Assembly: GCA_963836075.1 (NCBI GenBank)
Contig: CAWIIB010000009.1
Location: forward strand, 640,001 to 704,000
Direction of reading: 5' to 3'
Length of the DNA: 64,000 nucleotides
DNA from: an uncultured Acidobacteriota bacterium
Lineage (GTDB): Bacteria > Acidobacteriota > JAQAZP01
Of this stretch, positions 41,135 to 50,385 are shown one piece after another (the stretch's first letter is position 1; every line of letters begins with the position of its first letter). The position numbers and the translations under genes were made by a program. The notes beneath the pieces are model-generated. The model worked only from the letters and a program-made list of their open reading frames with translations. It was not told the origin of the DNA and searched no databases.

Positions 41135-42616
41135 TCACTGGGCATACCGTTTCTTGAACTCCTCGGCAGCCCGCTTTCGCGCTGCCGCTTCACCTTCGCT
41201 CATCTCGCCGAGGAACCAGCGGTGCATCTCGCCGGTCAGCACCTCGTGGAGTTTCTCCTCAACCTGCCGGGCCGCGAGGGCCTTTTCGCCATCCAGCGCC
41301 TTGTTATGCTCGATGACTTCCTCCAACTGGGGGACGAACTCGTGGTAGAAGCGGTGGGCCACTTCGAACATCCCGTGCCACTGCGTATAGTCGGGGCCCA
41401 TCATTGCCGCCCCGTGGCGCGCCCGCCGGCCCTCGTGGTGCCAGAGGAGGAAGTAGGTGAACTCGATCTCGTCATCGAAGTTCACGTCGTTGGAGAAGAG
41501 GCCGGCGCCGCGGGCCATCTGGAACAACTCGGTGGCCGGCCGGCCGAACTTATCGTTGTAGAGGTTCACCAGGTCGTCGAACTGGGTGTAGAAGTTGCCC
41601 ACCCACTCCGGGCCGTGGCAGGACGCGCAGACCTCCTGCATGTCCGTGCGGCGGACCTGCCAGCTCTTGACGGTCTTGCCCTGCTTGAGCGCTGCGGCAT
41701 CGATCTTCTCCGAGACCGGCGGCCTGAGGGTCCAGCTGATGCGGTCGCCCACGTCGTGGGTCACCGGCTGGGTTTTCGTCGCGCCCATGTGGCAGGAAGA
41801 ACAGGTGGGACCCTGCTCGTAATCGCGGCCGGGGATCCACTCCTCCTCGGCCATGCCGTCGGCGAACCGCACCCGGTTGGCGGCAAAGGCAATGCCGTGC
41901 TTCGACTCGGTGTAGACCTCCATCTGCGGGTGGTCCGGGCCGAGGTGGCAGCGGCCGCAGTTTTCGGGCTGCCGTGCCTGGGCCAGGGAGAAGTTGTGCC
42001 GCTGGTGGCAGGCGGAGCAGGAGCCCTTGGAGCCGTCCGGGTTGAGCCGGCCCACACCGGTGTTGGGCCAGGTGGCCGGGTCGAGCTTGCCGTTCTCCAG
42101 CACCTTGACCTCCGAGCCGTGGCACTGGAGGCAGCCGGAGACCGCCACCGGCGAGGCCTGGGTCTTCTCTCCCTCCGGGGAGAAGACCGTGAAGCCCTCC
42201 ACCACCTCGGCCAGCACGTTGTCCAGGCTGCCGAGGATCTTGCCCGCATCGGCGTGATGGCTGGCCTGGAACTCCTCGTACTCAGCTTCGTGGCAGTTGG
42301 AGCAGTCCCTGGGTGACACGATGGTGGCGATCAGCGCCCCCTCGTGCTCGTAAGCGTCGAGGTCGTTTTTGTCCGCCTCATGGCAATCGATACATCCGAT
42401 GCCGGAACCGAAGTGCTTGCTCTCCTGCCACTGCCCCACGATTCCGGGGCTTTTCACCCGGTGGCAATCGACGCAACCCTGGCTGTCCGAGGGGGCGGCG
42501 GCTTCCGCAGCGGCCATCACCTGCCGTTGCCCACCCACGACCAGGGCCGCCATGAGCAGCGCACCAAGAAGAATGCAGGGGATCCTGCCGACGGCTTTTT
42601 TTGTCTCCAGGAACAT
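41135..42616 (-). CDS. Octaheme hydroxylamine-oxidoreductase-family cytochrome c
   Basis: Eight CxxCH motifs; CGRCHLGPDHPQMEVYTESKHG; WHHEGRRARHGAAMMGPDYTQWHG. Confidence 0.9.
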   Translation of the reverse strand: MFLETKKAVGRIPCILLGALLMAALVVGGQRQVMAAAEAAAPSDSQGCVDCHRVKSPGIVGQWQESKHFGSGIGCIDCHEADKNDLDAYEHEGALIATIVSPRDCSNCHEAEYEEFQASHHADAGKILGSLDNVLAEVVEGFTVFSPEGEKTQASPVAVSGCLQCHGSEVKVLENGKLDPATWPNTGVGRLNPDGSKGSCSACHQRHNFSLAQARQPENCGRCHLGPDHPQMEVYTESKHGIAFAANRVRFADGMAEEEWIPGRDYEQGPTCSSCHMGATKTQPVTHDVGDRISWTLRPPVSEKIDAAALKQGKTVKSWQVRRTDMQEVCASCHGPEWVGNFYTQFDDLVNLYNDKFGRPATELFQMARGAGLFSNDVNFDDEIEFTYFLLWHHEGRRARHGAAMMGPDYTQWHGMFEVAHRFYHEFVPQLEEVIEHNKALDGEKALAARQVEEKLHEVLTGEMHRWFLGEMSEGEAAARKRAAEEFKKRYAQ

Positions 42617-42746
42617 GATTCCGTGTCCTCTCTGCTTGCGGCGGTCCCTGGCGGAGCGGCCTGGATCGCCATGTTGGATAGCCGAAATGATGAGCGAGAA
42701 CCTCCCGAATGGTGAGGGCCGGCAACTGAAAGATGTAGTCCGGGAT

Positions 42747-43187
42747 TCAACCGGACACGTAACACTTGTCGTCCGGCCCTTCTATTGCCTGAGGAGCAAA
42801 ATCGGCCAGCGAGGTGGACGCCAGTTCCTCCTCCACCAGCCGGGATACTTTCTCTCGCAGTTCCTTCAGCTTGCACTCGGCCCCCTGGCAGATCTGTTCT
42901 CCCAGCAGACAGCCGTCCGGTTTGGGCGGCGGGTCCACCGCCCGGATCACCTCCAGCAGCGTCACCTTCCGCGGGTCCGCGGCCAGGCAGAACCCGCCCC
43001 TGGCGCCGCGGGTTGAGTGCACCAGCCCCTTGCGGGCCAGCTCCTGCAGCACCTTGCTGAGGTGGGACGGTGAACTGGCGATTTTTTCGGCGATCTGGGT
43101 GGCGGACACCGTCACATTCTTGTCCAGCCCGGCAAGGTAGACGAGAGAGTGGACGGCGATGTTGGCGGCGACCGAAAAGTTGAGCAT
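42747..43187 (-). CDS. Rrf2-family Fe-S transcriptional regulator
   Basis: HLSKVLQEL...STRGARGGF...TLLEVI; C-LLGEQIC-QGAEC ligands. Confidence 0.92.
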   Translation of the reverse strand: MLNFSVAANIAVHSLVYLAGLDKNVTVSATQIAEKIASSPSHLSKVLQELARKGLVHSTRGARGGFCLAADPRKVTLLEVIRAVDPPPKPDGCLLGEQICQGAECKLKELREKVSRLVEEELASTSLADFAPQAIEGPDDKCYVSG

Positions 43188-43395
43188 TGGGAACTCCTGA
43201 AGAGACAATTCGGAATTCGGATTCTTAATAACGTATTTTGGGGAAAATGTCAATCAAATCAATGGGTATTGGTTGAAAAAATTCCCGCGGGCGGACAGCC
43301 CCAGGTGAAATTGCTCTGCCACGCACTGCCGGAGCATGCTAGACTTGGGATGTCGATGATCCCGAGAATAACTCTCGAGCCGGAGGGGATGAGGA

Positions 43396-44643
43396 ATGAG
43401 CGAACTGATCAACAATGCCGCCAAGCGCAAGGAACTACTGAAGCACATGATTCTCCAGTTGCACAAGGGTGAAGCGCCGGAAGAGGTGCGCAAGCAGCTG
43501 ATCCGCATCATGGGCCAGGTGCCGTATAACGAAGTGGTGGAGGTGGAACAGGAACTGATCAACGAGGGCCTGCCCCAGGAGGAGGTGCTCAAGCTTTGCG
43601 ACATCCACACCGCCGCCCTGGAGGGCGCCATTGACCGGAGCGGCGCGGCCACCGCCCCGCCGGGCCACCCGGTGCACACCTTTCTCGAGGAGAACAAGGC
43701 ACTGCGCTGGGAGATCGACAAGATCGGCTCGCTGCTCGACAAGCTGGCCGCCCTCCCCGAGGACGCACCGGCCGCGGAGATCATGAACGACCTCCGCGGC
43801 TCGTTCCACAACCTGATGGACGTGGAGAAGCATTACCTGCGCAAGGAACACCTGCTCTTTCCCTTCCTCGAGAAGCACGGCATCACCGGCCCCCCCACGG
43901 TGATGTGGGGCAAGCACGACGAAACGAGGGAACTGCTCAAGGCGGCCGATGAAGCACTGGCCCAAGGTGCATCGCTTACTGCCGGCGAAGCGAACGCCGC
44001 GGCGGACCTGCTCCTTCGACCGGCTATGGAAGCGGTTTCGGGGATGATCCTCAAGGAGGAGGAGATCCTCTTCCCCATGACCCTTGACACCTTGAAGGAC
44101 GAGGAGTGGTACGAGATCGACCTGCAGAGTCTTGAAATCGGGTTCTGCCTCTACGACCCGCAGGAGAGCTGGAAACCGGAAGGCGTCGAAGCGAAGCCGA
44201 GAGCCGAGGCGGATGGCCGGGTCCAGTTGCCCAGCGGCAGTTTCACCGTCCCCGAACTGACCACGATGCTGAACTCCATCCCCTTCGACATGACCTTTGT
44301 CGACCGGGACGACACGGTGCGCTACTTCACCCAGGGCCGGGAGCGGATCTTCGGCCGTAGCCGGGCGATCCTCGGCCGCAAAGTGCAGTTCTGCCACCCA
44401 CCCTCCAGCGTACACATCGTCGAACAGATCCTCGATGATTTCCGCTCGGGCAAGGAGGAGCACTGCCGCTTCTGGATCACCCTCGGCGGGAAATTTATCA
44501 TCATCGAATACTTCGCCATGCGCGGAGAGGACGGCGAGTATCTCGGCACCCTCGAAGTCAGCCAGGATCTGACCGAGAAGCGGGCCCTGCGGGGCGAGCA
44601 GCGGCTGCTCTCCTATGTCGCGGGCGACGGGGAGGGCGAATGA
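43396..44643 (+). CDS. DUF438 / hemerythrin / PAS domain protein
   Basis: EQELINEG...LCDIH, GHPVHTFLEEN, HYLRKEHLLFP, VMWGKHDE, CHPPSS, GTLEVSQD. Confidence 0.88.
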   Translation: MSELINNAAKRKELLKHMILQLHKGEAPEEVRKQLIRIMGQVPYNEVVEVEQELINEGLPQEEVLKLCDIHTAALEGAIDRSGAATAPPGHPVHTFLEENKALRWEIDKIGSLLDKLAALPEDAPAAEIMNDLRGSFHNLMDVEKHYLRKEHLLFPFLEKHGITGPPTVMWGKHDETRELLKAADEALAQGASLTAGEANAAADLLLRPAMEAVSGMILKEEEILFPMTLDTLKDEEWYEIDLQSLEIGFCLYDPQESWKPEGVEAKPRAEADGRVQLPSGSFTVPELTTMLNSIPFDMTFVDRDDTVRYFTQGRERIFGRSRAILGRKVQFCHPPSSVHIVEQILDDFRSGKEEHCRFWITLGGKFIIIEYFAMRGEDGEYLGTLEVSQDLTEKRALRGEQRLLSYVAGDGEGE

Positions 44644-45186
44644 TGGACGAAGCGCGAAAGGAGCTCCCCGAGATCACCCCCGACACCCGGTTGGCCGCCC
44701 TGCTGGACGCGGCCCCCGAACTGGAGGAGACCCTCTTCGGCCTCTCGCCGGCCTATGAAAAACTGAAGAACCCGGGTACTGCGCAAGACGGTGGGCCGGG
44801 TGGCCACCCTGCGGCAGGTGGCCCGGGTGGGCGACGTGCCACTGGGCCGGCTGATCAACACGCTGCGCTCCGCCGCCGGCATGGAGGCGATGGCGGACGG
44901 GGAGAGTGACGGGGATGAGGGGGGCGAAACGCCCGACTGGGTCACGGCCGGATCGGTGAAGAACTCGCTGGACGCCCGGCCGCTCATCGAGGCAGGCGAG
45001 CACCCGATGGGCCAGGTGATCAAGGCACTGCCGTCCCTGGGCTCCGGCGAGCTGTTCCAGTTGGATACGCCCTTCCTCCCTGCCCCGCTGATCGACATGG
45101 CCCGGGAGAAGGGGTATCGCGCCTGGTCCGAAGAGATCGCCGAAGACCACTTCAGCACCTGGTTCGCCCCGGGGGCGAGCAGCTGA
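44640..45186 (+). pseudogene. DUF1858-domain protein with one +1 frameshift (GGG 44774-44776), probably an artefact
   Basis: ITPDTRLAALLD...KLKNP | VLRKTVGRVATLRQVA...DARPLIEAGEHP...PFLPAPLID. Confidence 0.75.
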
Positions 45187-45214
45187 GAACGGAGATCAGA
45201 GAAGGAGAAAGGTC

Positions 45215-45874
45215 ATGGCATCTATGCAGACACTCGGGGAGTTGGCCACCCGGTATCCCGGCGCAGCCAAGGTCTTTTACAACCATGGCCTCGATTACTG
45301 CTGCGGCGGCACACTGACACTCGACGAAGCCTGCCGGGGGAAAAACCTCGACCCGGACGAAGTGCTGGCCGAAATCAAGGCCCCGGAAGACGGTTCATCA
45401 AAGCAGGTCCGCTGGGAGGAACAGCCTCTCGGTGACCTGGTCGACCACATCCTCTCCCGCTACCACGCCCCGTTGCGCGAGGAACTGGCCCGGCTGATCG
45501 ACCTGGCGGCGAAGGTCGAACAGGCCCATGCCGACAAACCCGACTGTCCCCGGGGGCTCAAGCAGCACCTGATCGGCATCGCCGAAGCGGTGGAGAGCCA
45601 CCTGGCCAAGGAGGAGCAGGTCCTGTTTCCGCTCATCAAATCGGGTCAGACACAGGGCGCGGCCAATCCGATCAGGGTCATGGCTCTCGAGCACGAGGAG
45701 CATGGAGAAAACCTGGCCAAGACCCGGACCATGACCAGGGACTTCCATCTTCCCGCCGAGGCCTGCAGCACCTGGGCCGAGCTGTATCGCAGCCTGCAGC
45801 GCCTGGAAAAGGATCTGATGGACCACATCCACCTGGAGAACAATATCCTGTTTCCCCGGGTCTTAAACGCGTGA
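45215..45874 (+). CDS. ric: Iron-sulfur cluster repair di-iron protein (Ric/YtfE/ScdA)
   Basis: GLDYCCGG, HILSRYH, HLAKEEQVLFP, EHEEHG, HIHLENNILFP. Confidence 0.95.
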   Translation: MASMQTLGELATRYPGAAKVFYNHGLDYCCGGTLTLDEACRGKNLDPDEVLAEIKAPEDGSSKQVRWEEQPLGDLVDHILSRYHAPLREELARLIDLAAKVEQAHADKPDCPRGLKQHLIGIAEAVESHLAKEEQVLFPLIKSGQTQGAANPIRVMALEHEEHGENLAKTRTMTRDFHLPAEACSTWAELYRSLQRLEKDLMDHIHLENNILFPRVLNA

Positions 45875-45950
45875 CAGGGATGAGCCGTTGACATTCCCAT
45901 AGGCTCATTTTCGTTGAGGCCGTTGTGTCCACAACGCCCGATTATCGCTC

Positions 45951-45998
45951 TTGACAAGAAACGATGCCCGCATTATAAATAAGTTAACGCTTACTTAT
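45951..45998 (+). promoter_or_regulatory. tetR promoter (TTGACA-17-TATAAA) with operator ATAAGT-N8-ACTTAT
   Basis: -35 at 45951, -10 at 45974, palindrome 45979-45998. Confidence 0.7.
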
Positions 45999-46009
45999 CT
46001 TGAGGAATC

Positions 46010-46621
46010 ATGGCCGACGAAAAATCCAGGCAAGCAGCTGGAAGCCCTGCGGGGCGCCGCAGCCGGCCCTCGCACCGGGGCGAGCTGTTCGAGGCCGCAC
46101 TTCGCCTCTTCGCCGCTCACGGGGTGAAGAACACCACCATCCGCGACATCACCGGCGCCGTCGGCATCACCGAAGCGGCGCTTTACCGTCACTGGCCAAG
46201 CAAGCAGGCCCTGGCCGAAGAGTTGATCGAGCAGGCGTCCGCCGAGCTCACCGAACGGCTCAGGGAAGCGGAAGAGAATGCACCAACGCCGGAGACGAAA
46301 CTTGCGGCACTGATCGACGAGTTGTTCACCTACCACGATCAGAACCGTGACCGCTTCGACCTGGTGGTTCACGTGGCGCACCTCGATCCGTCGATGGTCG
46401 AAAACAGGACCTCCCGGCCCAGCACCGTGGTGCTGCCGGTATTGCGGGAGGGGATCCGCACCCGCGTCTTCAGAAAAACAAAACCCGAACTGGCCCTGGC
46501 CCTGATCATCGGGGCCGTGGCCCGGACCACCCAGCTGCGGCGCATGGGGGTGATCACGGGGTCGGCGGCCAGCAACAGGAGAACGATCAGGGAGATGGCG
46601 CTCCGGGCACTGCTCGCCTGA
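46010..46621 (+). CDS. TetR/AcrR-family regulator
   Basis: AALRLFAAHGVKNTTIRDITGAVGITEAALYRHWPSKQAL. Confidence 0.92.
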   Translation: MADEKSRQAAGSPAGRRSRPSHRGELFEAALRLFAAHGVKNTTIRDITGAVGITEAALYRHWPSKQALAEELIEQASAELTERLREAEENAPTPETKLAALIDELFTYHDQNRDRFDLVVHVAHLDPSMVENRTSRPSTVVLPVLREGIRTRVFRKTKPELALALIIGAVARTTQLRRMGVITGSAASNRRTIREMALRALLA

Positions 46622-46667
46622 AACGGTGTCGGCCTGTGGGAGGGGAGAAATGTGTTGCACCAAGTAA

Positions 46668-46687
46668 GTAAGTGTATGTTTACTTAC
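46668..46687. promoter_or_regulatory. Operator GTAAGT-N8-ACTTAC upstream of qNor
   Basis: Same TAAGT-N8-ACTTA palindrome as upstream of tetR. Confidence 0.7.
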
Positions 46688-46770
46688 CAATGTTTGATCA
46701 GCCGCGTGCCCGCCGCCCCCGCCGTTGCGGGTGGCCGGTGGCCGCGGCGACCGTGAAGGAGGGGGAAGAA

Positions 46771-49020
46771 ATGGTCTCGAAACGACTGAAGGTTGCCGTC
46801 GTGCTCAGCTTCACCCTGAGCATGATGGTGCTGCTCGCCGGCGGCTGGTTCATGAAGGACAAGGTGCCGCCCTACCCCGAGCGGATCGTCGCCAACGGCG
46901 AGACGCTGGCCGTGCGGACCGATATCCTTGCCGGGCAGCAGGGTTACCAGAAATACGGCCTGATGGATCTGGGGAGTGTCTGGGGCCACGGAGCCCTGCG
47001 CGGTATCGACTTCTCGGCGGCGATACTTCACGAATACGGCGTGGAGATGCGAAAGGTGGAGGCGCAGAGCCGCTTCGGACAGTCCTACGAAGACATGGAC
47101 ACCGCCGCACGGGGCGCGGTGGACGCGGTGGTGATCGAGGCGATCAAGGAGAACACCTACAACGCTGGAAGCGGCACGCTGACCCTCAATCCGGCGCAGA
47201 AGGCGGCCTTCGAGATCCTGGTGGATCGTTATACCGCTCTGCTCCACGAGGGCGACATGAGCATGGGGTTTGGCAAGGGCCTGGTGGCCGACGCCGGCGA
47301 GGCTCGCAAAATCGCCACCTTCTTCTTCTGGTCCGCCTGGGCCGCAGGCACCACCCGGCCGGAGGGTGACACCACTTTCACCAACAACTGGCCTTATGAC
47401 CCCTCGGTGGGCAACGGGCCGCCACCCGGGGCGCTGGTCTGGACCTTCTTCTCCATCCTCTCCTTCTTCTGCCTGCTGGGCTACGTGGTCTATATCGTCC
47501 ACCGCTACCGCTTCTTCTACGGCACCGGCAACGCCGCCGAGCTGGGCGACCGTTTGGCCGAGCTGCCGCTGACACCGAGCCAGCTGGCCACGGCCAAGTA
47601 CTTCTTCGTCGCCGTGGTGCTCTTTTTCCTCCAGACTTCAATGGGCGGCCTGCTGGCCCACTACACCGTCCACCCCGACACCTTCTGGGGCTTCGACAAG
47701 CTGGTGGAGTTCTTCAACTTCCAGTGGGCCAAGACCTGGCACCTGCAGCTGGCCATCCTCTGGATCGCCGCGGTCTGGATCGCCACCGCTCTTTTCGTCT
47801 CCCCGATCATCGGCCGCCGGGAGCCGAAGGGCCAGCGGGCGCTGGTCAACATCCTCTTCGGGGCCATCATCCTCGTGGCGGTGGGCAGCCTCACCGGCGA
47901 GGTGCTGGGCATCAAGGGCTTCTTCCAGGGCAAGAGCTGGTTCTGGTTCGGCCACCAGGGCTGGGAGTATCTCGAGCTGGGCCGGGTGTGGCAGATCGCC
48001 CTCTTCGGCGGCCTGGCCTTCTGGCTCTTCATCATGGTGCGCAGCTACAGCAGCATCTTCCGCGAAAACAGGTGGGGTGTGGCCCAGCTGTTCACCTACG
48101 CCGCCGGGGCCATCGTCCTCTTCTTCGGCTTCGGCCTGCTCTACGGCTCGAACACCCACATCTCCATCGCCGACTACTGGCGCTGGTACGTGGTGCACCT
48201 CTGGGTCGAGGGGATGTTCGAGTTCTTTGCCGCCGCGGCCTTCGCCTTCCTGCTCACCACGGTGGGGCTGGTGGACGAGAAGAGCGCTCTGCGCGCCGCC
48301 TACCTCACCGCCACCCTGGCCTTCCTCGGCGGGATCATCGGCACCGGCCACCACTATTACTGGTTCGGCGGCCCGTCCTTCTGGCTGGCCCTGGGCGGCA
48401 CCTTCTCCGCGCTGGAGACAGTCCCGCTGCTGCTGCTGGTGGTACGTGGCTGGTTCGAGTTCAAACATGTCCAGGACGCGGGGCACGACTTCGCCTTCAA
48501 GTGGCCGCTCTACTTCCTGGTGGCCTCGTCCTTCTGGAACTTCCTCGGCGCCGGGGTGTTCGGCTTCATGATCACTACGCCGCTGGTCAACTACTTCGAG
48601 CACTCGACGTACCTCACGGCAAACCACGGGCACACCGCGCTCTTCGGCACCTACGGCATGCTGGCCATCTCGCTGATGCTCTTCGTACTGCGGATCATGA
48701 TGAAGAAATCGGCCTGGAACGAGGGGCTGCTCAGAATCAGCTTCTGGGGCCTCAACATCGGCCTGGCGATGATGTTTATCGTCACGCTGCTGCCGGTGGG
48801 CATCCTGCAGGTGATCTGGGTCATCAAGCACGGCTTCTGGATGGCGCGCAGCGCCGAGTTCTACAACACGCCGCTGGTCCAGGCACTGGGGCAGTTCCGC
48901 ATGATCCCCGACGTGATCATGATCGGTGCCGGCGTGCTGGTGCTGATCTACATCGTCACCACCGCGCTGTTCAACCTGCGCAAGGCGGAGATCAGCGACG
49001 GGGAGAGTTTCCCTGATTAA
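46771..49020 (+). CDS. norZ: Quinol-dependent nitric oxide reductase (qNor)
   Basis: GSVWGHG, TNNWPYDP, WHLQLA, QGWEYLELGR, VVHLWVEGMFE, GTGHHYY, NHGHTALFG, RMIPD. Confidence 0.93.
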   Translation: MVSKRLKVAVVLSFTLSMMVLLAGGWFMKDKVPPYPERIVANGETLAVRTDILAGQQGYQKYGLMDLGSVWGHGALRGIDFSAAILHEYGVEMRKVEAQSRFGQSYEDMDTAARGAVDAVVIEAIKENTYNAGSGTLTLNPAQKAAFEILVDRYTALLHEGDMSMGFGKGLVADAGEARKIATFFFWSAWAAGTTRPEGDTTFTNNWPYDPSVGNGPPPGALVWTFFSILSFFCLLGYVVYIVHRYRFFYGTGNAAELGDRLAELPLTPSQLATAKYFFVAVVLFFLQTSMGGLLAHYTVHPDTFWGFDKLVEFFNFQWAKTWHLQLAILWIAAVWIATALFVSPIIGRREPKGQRALVNILFGAIILVAVGSLTGEVLGIKGFFQGKSWFWFGHQGWEYLELGRVWQIALFGGLAFWLFIMVRSYSSIFRENRWGVAQLFTYAAGAIVLFFGFGLLYGSNTHISIADYWRWYVVHLWVEGMFEFFAAAAFAFLLTTVGLVDEKSALRAAYLTATLAFLGGIIGTGHHYYWFGGPSFWLALGGTFSALETVPLLLLVVRGWFEFKHVQDAGHDFAFKWPLYFLVASSFWNFLGAGVFGFMITTPLVNYFEHSTYLTANHGHTALFGTYGMLAISLMLFVLRIMMKKSAWNEGLLRISFWGLNIGLAMMFIVTLLPVGILQVIWVIKHGFWMARSAEFYNTPLVQALGQFRMIPDVIMIGAGVLVLIYIVTTALFNLRKAEISDGESFPD

Positions 49021-49097
49021 TCGTCAGCGCCGACATTGCGAGCCTCCGGCCAGCGGGGGCCGCTGGAGGTCAGCAGAAGGAACATGCCACTACGCTC

Positions 49098-49203
49098 GTC
49101 ATTGCGAGGCACTCACCGCAGGTGAGTGCCTCGCAATCTCTCTTGGATTCACTGACTCCAGAGAAGTCGCCGCGTCGTCGGCTTCGCGGGCCCCTCGCAT
49201 TAG
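49098..49203. repeat. REP-like palindromic element (GTCATTGCGAG...GCAATCTC type)
   Basis: Perfect 17-bp stem ATTGCGAGGCACTCACC-gca-GGTGAGTGCCTCGCAAT (49101-49137); degenerate second half ending cctcgcattag; GTCATTGCGAG recurs at ~61001. Confidence 0.55.
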
Positions 49204-49233
49204 CACTGAGTGAGCATTATCAAGGAGTACGAC

Positions 49234-49521
49234 ATGGGTGAATGCGGACCAGGATGCGGCAGCGGAGCGGGCCCCTTTGCCGAGGGCCGGGAACTGGTGG
49301 AGTTTGTGAGCAATGCCCACGGCGGGGCGGTGGCCAGACAGCCGCTTCCGGCCGCGCTGGAAACGACGTGTCAGGGCTGCGGCGAGCCCTTTGCCCTGCG
49401 AACCTTTGTCGGCCGATGCCCGGCCTGCGCCGGGGTGCACGCCGTCTCGCCGCCGCGCTGCGACGATGCGGCCAACATCCAGTACGCGGGAACAGGTTTT
49501 GAGCCGTACGCTGAGGAGTGA
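49234..49521 (+). CDS. Small Cys-rich zinc-ribbon/Fe-binding protein
   Basis: AAGGAG RBS; CGPGC, CQGC, CPAC...VH. Confidence 0.7.
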   Translation: MGECGPGCGSGAGPFAEGRELVEFVSNAHGGAVARQPLPAALETTCQGCGEPFALRTFVGRCPACAGVHAVSPPRCDDAANIQYAGTGFEPYAEE

Positions 49522-49597
49522 CAGGTGTCCATCGCGGTTCCGCCGATCGTGACACCTGCCCGCACGTCTTTCAGTTCAACACCCAGGAGGTGAAACC

Positions 49598-50149
49598 ATG
49601 GATCCCATCAACGTTCTCGTCAGCGAACACACCCTGATTCGCCAGTTCCTCTCCAGCCTCTCCTTCGCCCTGGAGAAACTGGAGCGGGGGGAGACGCTGA
49701 GCAAGGAGTATGTGGAGCAAGTGGTCGTGTTTGCCCGCAATTTCGTCGACAAGCACCACCACTTCAAGGAGGAGTACCAGATGTTCAGGATGGTGGCGGA
49801 GAAACACGACGGACAGCTCGACGCCCAGCTGGACGCCCTTCGCAACCAGCACGAGCACGGGCGGCAGTACATCACTGACATTACCGCATCCTTGGACGGG
49901 CACCTGAACGGTGACGACTCCAGGACGACGACCATGCTGGAGAGCCTTGCCGCCTACCTCTCCATGCTGCGCCAGCACATCAACCGCGAGGACCATATCT
50001 TTTATCCCATGGCGCGCAAAGCCCTCAGCGGTGACGAGTTCGAGCGGCTGCGAACATCGTTCGAGGAGGCGGACGCCAAGGCCGGTGAGGGTTTCATGGG
50101 CGAGTACCAGGAGCGAATCCTCAAGATGGAGGCCCTGCTCACCACCTAA
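49598..50149 (+). CDS. Hemerythrin (HHE) domain protein
   Basis: EH, DKHHHFKEE, QHEHGR, HINREDHIFYPM. Confidence 0.9.
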   Translation: MDPINVLVSEHTLIRQFLSSLSFALEKLERGETLSKEYVEQVVVFARNFVDKHHHFKEEYQMFRMVAEKHDGQLDAQLDALRNQHEHGRQYITDITASLDGHLNGDDSRTTTMLESLAAYLSMLRQHINREDHIFYPMARKALSGDEFERLRTSFEEADAKAGEGFMGEYQERILKMEALLTT

Positions 50150-50385
50150 CCTGAAGCGGTAGCTTGAAGTGACGGCCGCAGGCGGCGCTCAACGATGAGA
50201 TCGCCACGGCGTCGGCGGCGCCTGTCCGATACCTCGCGGTGACAGGAACGCGCCGTGCCCTCCCCCGCGCCGTCAAAATCGACTAGAATAGAAGGGATAT
50301 ACGTGAATAACGGCCTGGAGGCCCGGGGGAGCGCGCCCTCCCCGGGATCAGCCGCACGAGGCGCAAACGGAGCTGCATCACCACT

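Noticed and set aside
41135-42616. Evidence for ammonia oxidation or anammox
   Set aside because: No amo, cycAB or hzs genes here; the context is NO stress, and HAO-family octahemes are widespread.
43200-43290. Rrf2 operator between rrf2 and the DUF438 gene
   Set aside because: AT-rich, but I could find only weak, imperfect symmetry; not supportable by eye.
46771-49020. Possible NO dismutase (Nod) next to an HAO-like gene
   Set aside because: Retains canonical qNor motifs (HLWVEG, GTGHH, HGH, quinol-site His and RxxxD).
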